Source of the DNA: Candidatus Krumholzibacteriota bacterium
Lineage (GTDB): Bacteria; Krumholzibacteriota; Krumholzibacteriia; Krumholzibacteriales; Krumholzibacteriaceae
DNA length: 64,000 nt
NCBI GenBank assembly: GCA_016932415.1
Contig: JAFGCX010000034.1
Location: 9,002-73,001, forward strand
Direction of reading: 5' to 3'
Shown here: positions 18,820-26,910 of the stretch, piece by piece
Position numbering within the stretch: position 1 is the stretch's first letter
Layout of the letters: each line of letters opens with the position of its first letter
Notes under the pieces: model-generated
The model's database searches: none
The model's input: only the letters and a program-made list of their open reading frames with translations
Told to the model about the DNA's origin: nothing
Position numbers and translations under genes: made by a program

Positions 18820-20550
18820 ATGAGGATGAGATCTTTATTATTCCTGGTTCTTGTCTACCTTTCATGCGCGTCGGTCCCGCCAGCGGTCCAGACGGAAAAG
18901 TCAGATGATGAGATCAGGGAAGGGCTTCTTACGAAGATAAGGACTTCCGTATTTGAGGAGGATCATAAGGAAATCAGGAAGAAGGGCCTTCTCTATATTG
19001 AAAAATACGGGGGAAGCAGTGAAATACCAGAGGTAAGGATCTGCGTCGGAAAAGCGTCGTTGAATCTCGGGTATCTGACCGAGGCAAGGACAGTCCTTCT
19101 TCCACTCGCCGGTGGAGACGCCTCTCCATCTGACAGAAGAGAGGCACTGCGGCTTCTCGCCCGGGTCGACATGGAAAATGGCAGATATCAGGATGCCGCC
19201 GAAGAACTTCTCGATGCCATAGGCGCCGGGATGAATGATTCGGAATATCAGGAGACAAGGATCCTGCTTGCCCGGATCTCCAGCCTGCTTTCAGAAAGCC
19301 AGCTGGACAAGCTTAGGGTCGACTACGCTTCGATTCCTGGAATCGATATAATACTCGAACAATCACTTTCCTACGCGCTGGCGGGAAGTGATACGTCCCG
19401 GGTCTCATCTCTGAGACGCCAGCTCATTGCCGCCGACTCTCTCAGGGTGATGCCTGACCGCCTGATAACAAGCAGGACCGTACCTGCTTTCGACAGAAAG
19501 ATCGAAAAGACGCAGAATGGCGATAGCCGGACGATCGGTCTTCTCTGCCCCATGAGCGGGAGATTCGGCCGTCTTGGAGAGGCATTTCTCTCCGGAGCTT
19601 CGACGGCAATGACTGAAGCCCGGATGATGGGAACAATCGATATAGAGATCGTTGTCGGTGATACAAAGGGGAGCGCCCTGGAAGCCCGCGAATTGACTGA
19701 AAGAATGATCAGGGAAGAAGGAGTGACGTCATTTGTCGGGGGAGTCCTGAGTTCTTCCACTATTGCCGCGGCGCAGGCCGCCCAGTTCAATAAAGTTGTT
19801 CTATACTCTCCAGTCGCTTCCGAAGAAGGTATCGACGGGATCGGAGATCATATCTTCCAGGCGCGGACCAGTTCAGATGCCGAGTTGATCGCTCTCGCGA
19901 GGATCGCCTGTTCGATCATGGGAAAAAGAAGGATCGCCTTCCTTTCAGCCGATGGGCATCGTTCAAGAGAATACGAGGCTCTTTTCCGTGAGTCGGTGGA
20001 ACTGCTCGGTGCCTCTCTGGTCGTCTGCGATTATTACGACCAGGGCAATACAGATTTCAAGGTAAATATCGAACGCCTGCGCGGTGCCGATCCCGACGCG
20101 CTGTTCATAGCTTCCGACGTGGAAGACCTGATTCTGATCCTTCCACAGCTGTCATTCTATGAATTCGGCGTCCAGTTGCTCGGAACCAGCGCGTGGAACT
20201 CGAATAATCTGCTCCGAATGGCAGGTCGGGACATGGAAGGCGCTGTCTTCCCGGCAGTAATCGATCTCAAGGATGATGAAGAGGCATACAGATCTGCTGC
20301 CGCCTTTACGGACAGGCAGGCGGTCGATGTCAATCGATTCGTCATAGGCGGATATATCGGTGTCAGAAAAATGCTGGAAGCCGTCGCGCAAAGCAGGCGG
20401 AATGGAAGTTCCATAAGGGAAGAGATGTCAAAGTCCCTGGAGAATAACCAGCATCAATACATCGAACTCGTCTCGGGAAAAGGGATCCTGTTCTACACGA
20501 TCAGAAATGAAAAAGTCATTGATTACATGACCCTGACGCTCCACAGGTAG
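18820..20550 (+). CDS. LpoA/LppC-like lipoprotein (TPR plus type I periplasmic-binding domain)
   Basis: Lipobox YLSC, helical repeats, IGLLCPMSG...G, Y.QG.TDF...I..L, PQL.FY, LLG..AWN. Confidence 0.75.
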   Translation: MRMRSLLFLVLVYLSCASVPPAVQTEKSDDEIREGLLTKIRTSVFEEDHKEIRKKGLLYIEKYGGSSEIPEVRICVGKASLNLGYLTEARTVLLPLAGGDASPSDRREALRLLARVDMENGRYQDAAEELLDAIGAGMNDSEYQETRILLARISSLLSESQLDKLRVDYASIPGIDIILEQSLSYALAGSDTSRVSSLRRQLIAADSLRVMPDRLITSRTVPAFDRKIEKTQNGDSRTIGLLCPMSGRFGRLGEAFLSGASTAMTEARMMGTIDIEIVVGDTKGSALEARELTERMIREEGVTSFVGGVLSSSTIAAAQAAQFNKVVLYSPVASEEGIDGIGDHIFQARTSSDAELIALARIACSIMGKRRIAFLSADGHRSREYEALFRESVELLGASLVVCDYYDQGNTDFKVNIERLRGADPDALFIASDVEDLILILPQLSFYEFGVQLLGTSAWNSNNLLRMAGRDMEGAVFPAVIDLKDDEEAYRSAAAFTDRQAVDVNRFVIGGYIGVRKMLEAVAQSRRNGSSIREEMSKSLENNQHQYIELVSGKGILFYTIRNEKVIDYMTLTLHR

Positions 20551-20581
20551 AAACAGTCCCGGGTAGGGGCGAAAGAACCGG

Positions 20582-21250
20582 TCAACCTGTCAGTCTGAAA
20601 CTGATGAGAAAACTTATCCAGAACGATCTTGGCGTTCCGTCTTCGATGACAGGTTTGAATTCAAACTGGCGAACAGCTTTGATCGAAGCTTCTTCGAAAC
20701 TTTTCATTCCGAAGACTTTTCTCACATATGCCTCATCGACCAGACCTCTCTCATTGATATATACCTCGACCAGGACATACCCTTCAGATCTCTTTAACAT
20801 CGCGTCCTGAGGATATTCCGGCTGGATCATCCGGAGTATCACATAATCCTGCCTGTAAGGTACATCGGTATGGGAGGGATAGGTGCGGACGTAGTTATCA
20901 TCGATCACTTCGTCGAAGGTGATTTCTTCGATTTCTTTTTCGGGAGCAGTGGAGATCCGGGGGTTTTCTTCCTCAATATCTTCCTCTTCTTCGCTGACCA
21001 GGTCCATTTCGCGAACGACGATGTCGTGGCGTTCCTCGGAAAAGACCTCTGCCTCTATCCCTCTGTCGTCGATGATAGTTATTTCCGGTACAAACCTCTC
21101 TTCTCCTTCGTAACCTACGGAAAATATCCTGTCCACGACTCTGGAACGTTCAGCGCTGAAAAGTAGGAGAAGAAGAGTGATCAGAGCGATCGGGATCGTC
21201 AGGATGAGTCTCTTTGTGAGTTTTCTGTCGTATTCTACTATTTTTCCCAT
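20582..21250 (-). CDS. TonB family energy transducer
   Basis: N-terminal TM, acidic linker, TonB_C motif PEYP.DA.....EG.V.VEV.INERG.V ... A.KAVRQFEFKP. Confidence 0.85.
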   Translation of the reverse strand: MGKIVEYDRKLTKRLILTIPIALITLLLLLFSAERSRVVDRIFSVGYEGEERFVPEITIIDDRGIEAEVFSEERHDIVVREMDLVSEEEEDIEEENPRISTAPEKEIEEITFDEVIDDNYVRTYPSHTDVPYRQDYVILRMIQPEYPQDAMLKRSEGYVLVEVYINERGLVDEAYVRKVFGMKSFEEASIKAVRQFEFKPVIEDGTPRSFWISFLISFRLTG

Positions 21251-21338
21251 TTCCCGGACTACCCAGCCTTTTCTATGAATATCAGCTATGAGGTCTCAAT
21301 AGTCAACCAGTGGCGATATCCCTGATAAGCATATCGGC

Positions 21339-23651
21339 TCATAAATCGACGTCGATCATCGAATTGCCTTCGGTGGCGCCTGGTAACTGTAAATGTCTTA
21401 ATATCATCTTTTCATTTCCGGGAAGGATGATAGACAGGATATGGGATCCTTCGTCCAGGAGCCCGTATGAAACGACGCCGTTATCGTCAGTCATCGAGGT
21501 GAAAAGACCGTCGACAGATACGATAGCGCCCCGAACTGGCGATCCGGATCTTGATATGGTTATGTCATGACTGTGAAAAATCGTTGGGTCAGGGGCAAAA
21601 AACCTTGCCAGGCCGGTTACGATGGAGTTGGCCTGCATCTGTCGCCAGAGCTGAGAGGAGAATATCTTTTCCGTCTCTCCGTTCAGCGCGGCATGGATCT
21701 CGCACGCGGGAAGATTGGTCTGCTGGAGAAAGAGATGGGACGACTCCGATATCAGGGGATTTTTAAAAGGTGGAATATTGCCGGACATCTCTTTCAGGCT
21801 GCCAGCTATCCTGCTACCCTTTTCACTTCCCGGGTAATGCAGGAAGAGCGGCTCGTCCGATCCTGCGGGCAATTCTGAACCGAAATAGAGGCCGAGGGCG
21901 AGATCTCCGCGAAACCTGTTTGTCCTTTCGATCCTGTCGTCGAGCGAAAGTGATTCCTCCCCCTCGCGCGTGAGGATGATTTCTGCCCCGGCTGTCGTGA
22001 GGATATCCCTCATCTGTTTGGCGATATCGAGGTTGACAGTCGCTCCCCTGAGCCGCATCGGTCCCAGGCCGGAATCTTCCGTACCTCCCCCGGCAGGATC
22101 GATCACGATCTTCTTGCCATGAAATATTCCACCAAGGAGGGGTTCAAGAATGACCACAGTCCGACCGGTGTCGCCGGCAGGTGCGATCTCATCAAGCTCG
22201 ACCCGGCGATAGCCGGGGGCGGTTATCGTGATCGGACTCGCGGAAAGAGAGGCGGGGATCGACAGAACTCCGGCGGCGCCGGCCGCGCACAGAGTCCCGT
22301 CAGGGAAAAAGGCAGCGGCGTCATCGATATCTTTTCCGCTTGCACGGTCAGTTACTATAAGAGAAAGAGTCATCCGGTCATCGCCAGGGGTGAAAAAGAG
22401 CGTGTCGCAGAGACCGGGGACTTCGAATATAAGTCCTTGGTCGAGAGAACTCCTTGCCGATCTGAATCGGAAGACTCCTTTTTTAGATCTTCCTTTCAGC
22501 ACTTTTCCCGATCCCGTCAGTGTCACCTTTAAAGGCTGTCCGTCAGCTACAGGCTCGCCAAACTGATCGAGTATCTTTACGGAAAGCGAGAGATAAGGTC
22601 CTGCCGAATTTTCAAAAGGTAACGCGATTATATGTCTTGCCGGCCTGGTTAATAAGATCTCAAACGGCGTACTGAGGCAGCTGCCGCCAAGGATGCTTCT
22701 CGCGTAAGCCTGAAAACGGTATTTTCCGTTTGGGGCGTCGTAAGGCAGGGCGTATGATATCCTGCCGAGCAAAGGATCCCAGACGGCGGGGACTCTTCTG
22801 CCATTGTCCAGAATGCCGACCGAGGAGGGGTCTACAGGTATCGAGGCGCCAGGGGCCACTGTAAAAGAGATAATCTCCGGTCGACCGATAGTGTCCCCCG
22901 GGAGGTCAACCGGACTGATTACGGGGATGCCCCTGGAGAAATATGATATCAGGCCGAGGAAATACGCTTCCGCTTCAAGTCTCTGTTTTGATGAGATCCT
23001 CAGTTTCTTTTCGATTCCCGGATGCGAGATGTAACTGGCCTCTCCCAGCACAGAGGCCCTGGCGAGAGAATTTCTTAGAACATAGTAGCTTCCAGGTTTT
23101 ATTGACGATCCCTCTATTCCGAGGTTTCTAGACAGGTGCGTCTGTATGTCCGTCGCCAGTTCCATCGAAGCGTCAGGATCTGTGGCGCGGTAATAGACTT
23201 CTATGCTGTTCTTTTTTCTGTCGAGAGAAATATTGGAATTATGATGTATCGATAAAAAGACATCCGGGTCGAAGGAGTTGGCGACCCTGGTCCTTTCAGC
23301 GAGATCGTCTCCGAGAGCAAGGGAGCTGTCAGGAAGAAAATCCCGGTCATTCGTCCTTGTCATGACGACATCAACTCCGGCATCGTTGAGAAGTCCCCAT
23401 AAATAGAGGGCGACGCCAAGGTTGACTTCCGCTTCAGTGAGCGAATCGATTCCGGTCGCTCCTTCGAAATATCCTCCATGGCCGGGATCGATAACGATCT
23501 TTCTGCCTGTAAGTACTGTCGCGTCGGCTTTTCCCGGATCCTCGCTCAAACGGAGGTAAAGACGCTCCCATGAAGTCTGTTTCGAAGCACATCCTGAGAG
23601 CAGGATAATGAAGGTCAGTGCGGCTATTCGGCAGGTCCGGGCGCGGTTCAT
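21339..23651 (-). CDS. N-acetylmuramoyl-L-alanine amidase lipoprotein with a second, degenerate amidase domain
   Basis: Lipobox LSGC; domain 1 IDPGHGG/EAEVNL/SIHHNS/LGEASY; domain 2 IDPAGGG; SD AAGGAGG 5 nt before the ATG at 23651. Confidence 0.88.
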   Translation of the reverse strand: MNRARTCRIAALTFIILLSGCASKQTSWERLYLRLSEDPGKADATVLTGRKIVIDPGHGGYFEGATGIDSLTEAEVNLGVALYLWGLLNDAGVDVVMTRTNDRDFLPDSSLALGDDLAERTRVANSFDPDVFLSIHHNSNISLDRKKNSIEVYYRATDPDASMELATDIQTHLSRNLGIEGSSIKPGSYYVLRNSLARASVLGEASYISHPGIEKKLRISSKQRLEAEAYFLGLISYFSRGIPVISPVDLPGDTIGRPEIISFTVAPGASIPVDPSSVGILDNGRRVPAVWDPLLGRISYALPYDAPNGKYRFQAYARSILGGSCLSTPFEILLTRPARHIIALPFENSAGPYLSLSVKILDQFGEPVADGQPLKVTLTGSGKVLKGRSKKGVFRFRSARSSLDQGLIFEVPGLCDTLFFTPGDDRMTLSLIVTDRASGKDIDDAAAFFPDGTLCAAGAAGVLSIPASLSASPITITAPGYRRVELDEIAPAGDTGRTVVILEPLLGGIFHGKKIVIDPAGGGTEDSGLGPMRLRGATVNLDIAKQMRDILTTAGAEIILTREGEESLSLDDRIERTNRFRGDLALGLYFGSELPAGSDEPLFLHYPGSEKGSRIAGSLKEMSGNIPPFKNPLISESSHLFLQQTNLPACEIHAALNGETEKIFSSQLWRQMQANSIVTGLARFFAPDPTIFHSHDITISRSGSPVRGAIVSVDGLFTSMTDDNGVVSYGLLDEGSHILSIILPGNEKMILRHLQLPGATEGNSMIDVDL

Positions 23652-23877
23652 CCGATCCTCCTTCTGATCGATCATTTAATGTCCGGTTGCCACGGTGGAA
23701 AATTCACCGGTAGCATTGATGCCGGTCCAAACCGGCCAGTCCGGAATGATCGCAGTTATTTATTGTCTAACATATAGTTGTGTACTCTTCAAGTCTGATT
23801 TGACGAGATAGTGGAAATCTGTTGAAGATGAAGAATTTCAATAATATCGTCGATTTAACAATATATTGAGATAATAG

Positions 23878-23906
23878 TTGACGGTTGCCACAATATATGG
23901 TAGAAA
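23878..23906 (+). promoter_or_regulatory. sigma70 promoter upstream of selA
   Basis: TTGACG-N17-TAGAAA with extended TG, in an AT-rich divergent intergenic region. Confidence 0.55.
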
Positions 23907-23928
23907 ATGGCGAGTTTATATTTATTTT

Positions 23929-25365
23929 ATGTCTATTTTTATCAAAACGGAGAAGTTTATCCAGACAAGTCTGAAAAAGCTCCCTTCAGTAGAGAAGGTC
24001 CTCGGCGACGAGCAGGTCTCTTCACTCATCTCGAATTACTCGAGGAATGGTATCACGAGGATCGTCAGAGAGAAGATTGACGCGTATCGCGCGGTATTAC
24101 TGAAGGATACGGCTGAAGACAAGAGCAGCGAAATAATACTCGGTGAGATAGTCACCGCGGTTGCCGAAGAGATCGGATCGATAAGCGCGGTACATCCGAG
24201 AAGGGTCATAAACGCTTCGGGAGTCGTGCTGCACACAAATCTCGGCAGAGCGGTGTTGAGCGAATCGGCCCGATCAGCCCTTGAGTATGTTTCGGCTGGA
24301 TACGTGGATCTTGAGATCGATATGGCCAGCGGACAGAGGACCGAGCGCGACGCAAAGGCGGCGAGGCTTCTCAGTCTTCTTACCGGTTCGGAAAGCGCGC
24401 TGGTAGTGAATAATACAGCCGCGGCAGTGCTTCTTGCCGTAAATACATTCGCCGGTGAGGGAGCTGTCGCAGTCTCCAGGGGAGAACTGGTCGAGATAGG
24501 AGGCAGCTTCAGACTGCCTGAGATACTGTCATCGGCAGCGCGGCAGGTCATCGAGGTAGGTACGACAAACAGGACTCACCCGGGGGATTATAAGGAAGCG
24601 ATAGAAAGGGGCGCGACTCTTCTTCTTAAGGTCCATACGAGTAATTACAGGATCCTTGGATATACGGACGATGTGGAACTTGAAAAACTGGTCGAGATCG
24701 GAAGAGCAAACGATATCCCGGTAATGTACGATCAGGGGAGCGGAATACTCTTTCCTTTCGGCAAGGGAGGACCCGAGGGCGAGGCGGACGCTGGCGCGCT
24801 GATCAAAAGCGGTGTGGACATCCTGTGTTTCAGTGCGGACAAGGCTCTCGGTGGACCGCAGGCCGGACTGATAGCAGGCAGGTCGGGACCTGTTGAAAGA
24901 CTGAGGAAAAATCATCTCAGCAGGGCTCTAAGAGTGGATAAACTGACCCTGGCAGCTCTTGAAGCTGTATTGCTCCAGTACTGGACCGGCCGGACCGACC
25001 AGATCCCGGCGATCAATATGATATTGGAGAGCGTTGAATCGATCGGGAAAAAAGCTGAAAAGTTTTCCGCCGTTTTATCGAAAAAGTTGTCCCCTGGCTG
25101 TAAAGTGACTCTTGTCGAGGGAGAATCATCGATCGGGGGAGGGAGTTTTCCGATAGATCCTCTTCCGACCATACTTGTCAGGATCGAACTGGATCCAGGT
25201 GTGGCGGTAAAGCTTTCGGCGCTGCTTCGCGGGCTTGATCCGGCGATCCTCGTGAGGATCAAGGATGATTCGATATATCTGGATCTCAGGACTGTGACAG
25301 GCGAAGAGGAAGAGATCATCGGGAAGAGCCTGGCAATGGGAATCAAGGAGATTTCAGGGAGGTAG
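23929..25365 (+). CDS. selA: L-seryl-tRNA(Sec) selenium transferase (start uncertain)
   Basis: LPSV.KVL, VINASGVVLHTNLGRA, SRGELVEIGGSFRLP, EVGTTNRT, KVHTSNY, FSADK.LGGPQAG, RALRVDK. Confidence 0.95.
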   Translation: MSIFIKTEKFIQTSLKKLPSVEKVLGDEQVSSLISNYSRNGITRIVREKIDAYRAVLLKDTAEDKSSEIILGEIVTAVAEEIGSISAVHPRRVINASGVVLHTNLGRAVLSESARSALEYVSAGYVDLEIDMASGQRTERDAKAARLLSLLTGSESALVVNNTAAAVLLAVNTFAGEGAVAVSRGELVEIGGSFRLPEILSSAARQVIEVGTTNRTHPGDYKEAIERGATLLLKVHTSNYRILGYTDDVELEKLVEIGRANDIPVMYDQGSGILFPFGKGGPEGEADAGALIKSGVDILCFSADKALGGPQAGLIAGRSGPVERLRKNHLSRALRVDKLTLAALEAVLLQYWTGRTDQIPAINMILESVESIGKKAEKFSAVLSKKLSPGCKVTLVEGESSIGGGSFPIDPLPTILVRIELDPGVAVKLSALLRGLDPAILVRIKDDSIYLDLRTVTGEEEEIIGKSLAMGIKEISGR

Positions 25366-25373
25366 TGATTATC

Positions 25374-26873
25374 ATGGGCGATGAAGAGTACGGAAATGTC
25401 GAAGATGGTCTTTCAGGACCCTGTGGTGGAGGCGGTTACTCGATCTTTCTCGATGAGAAAGAGATGTACGCCTTCATGGAGGAGGGAGATTACTCTTCTT
25501 CGCGAAATCTCGACCATTTTCGTAATGTTGAGGAATCTATTGAAAAAAGAATGGTGGAAGGAGAGGGATTCTCCGTCCTTGCCATGTCGATGCTCGAGAG
25601 CCGGATCGCCAGGGATTTTTCGGTCTTGCAGATAGGTCATCTGCTGTCGAAGAACGGTAAAAGGGTGATAATCGTCGACGCGGATTTCCTGAGCCCGGGG
25701 ATGAACGGTCTGTCGGGTGATATCGAAGACCATGGATTTCTTGACCTGCTGCTCTATGGAAGCTCTCTTAAATCAGTCATGAAACCGACAGGTATAGACG
25801 GTGTTCACATAGCCGGTCCAGGATCTTTCCCCGTATCGAGGACGGTGCCGTTTGCCCTGAAGGAGTTTGGAAAGATCAAGGATTACCTGTCGAGCAAATC
25901 GGATATAGTCATATACTGTTCCACGCTTTATACGGAAGACAAGGCGATAAACCCGCTGAGACAGTACGTGGACAGCGTACTTCTCTGTTGCAGCATAGAA
26001 GAGATGGAAGAAGGGGAACTTCAGAAAGTCCTGAAGGATATCGGGCCTGAATTGCCTTCACCGGACCTGGTCTGTTTCTGCTCTGGAAAGGAAACGGCCG
26101 CCGGCGAAGAGGCAGAGATCGAAGATGAGAAGATAATAGACCTCGAACCTGAATCGGAGATCCTCGACCCCGAATCACCTGACGAGGAGATCAAACCGGA
26201 ATTCATAGAGAAATCGGACGAGATCGACTCGGTCTCGAGGAAAGAGAACAGAAGGATAAACGTTCCAAGACTTGCCATCATCATCATCTCGACACTGATA
26301 GTAATCTTTATCATATGGTGGTTGACGATCGACAAGTCTGTCCAGGAAAAAGAAGGTACAGACAGGATGTCGGAACTTGTCCTTAAACAACAGGACGCGA
26401 GGGAGATGGCGCAGAAGGACGATCAGGAACCGGCCGGGGAAAAGGTCGCCGAAGAAGGGGATAAGGTAGAAACCGGGGCTGTTTCTTCCGGACAGGACGC
26501 CGGGATGTCGACTGAGGGAAGCGGGCTTCAGACCGCGGACGTTCCGGATGATCAAAAACCGGAGACGAGGGTGGATGATTCACCGGATGAAAAGGCCACT
26601 CCCGGGGAGGTCACGATAGCTCCAGAGGGGACTTATTATTCGGTACATATAGCTTCTTTTCTCGATATCGGTAGAGCAGGGACCGAAAGCGACTATTTCG
26701 AGAAAAAGAATTACGATGTGCGGATAATGGAAGTTGAACTGAAGGGAAGAACATGGTTCAGGGTGTATATAGGTGAATTCAGGACGAAGGAGGAAGCTGA
26801 AGCGATGCGTACGGAGCTTCTCTCCTTCAGAAGGATAGCTGAAGCCAGAGTAATGAATGTGAAATATAACTAG
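25374..26873 (+). CDS. SPOR-domain bitopic membrane protein with degenerate MinD/CpsD-like N-terminal domain
   Basis: GKRVIIVDAD..SP, GFLDLL; acidic linkers; one TM; SPOR motif YSVHIASF...WFRVYIGEF.TKEEAE. Confidence 0.75.
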   Translation: MGDEEYGNVEDGLSGPCGGGGYSIFLDEKEMYAFMEEGDYSSSRNLDHFRNVEESIEKRMVEGEGFSVLAMSMLESRIARDFSVLQIGHLLSKNGKRVIIVDADFLSPGMNGLSGDIEDHGFLDLLLYGSSLKSVMKPTGIDGVHIAGPGSFPVSRTVPFALKEFGKIKDYLSSKSDIVIYCSTLYTEDKAINPLRQYVDSVLLCCSIEEMEEGELQKVLKDIGPELPSPDLVCFCSGKETAAGEEAEIEDEKIIDLEPESEILDPESPDEEIKPEFIEKSDEIDSVSRKENRRINVPRLAIIIISTLIVIFIIWWLTIDKSVQEKEGTDRMSELVLKQQDAREMAQKDDQEPAGEKVAEEGDKVETGAVSSGQDAGMSTEGSGLQTADVPDDQKPETRVDDSPDEKATPGEVTIAPEGTYYSVHIASFLDIGRAGTESDYFEKKNYDVRIMEVELKGRTWFRVYIGEFRTKEEAEAMRTELLSFRRIAEARVMNVKYN

Positions 26874-26910
26874 GGAAGGTGCAAGACACCGGTCGCGGAG
26901 GTTGATTGAG

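Noticed and set aside
23676-23877. Possible tRNA-Sec next to selA
   Set aside because: Hairpins are present, but there is no TCA anticodon arm, T-loop or acceptor stem.
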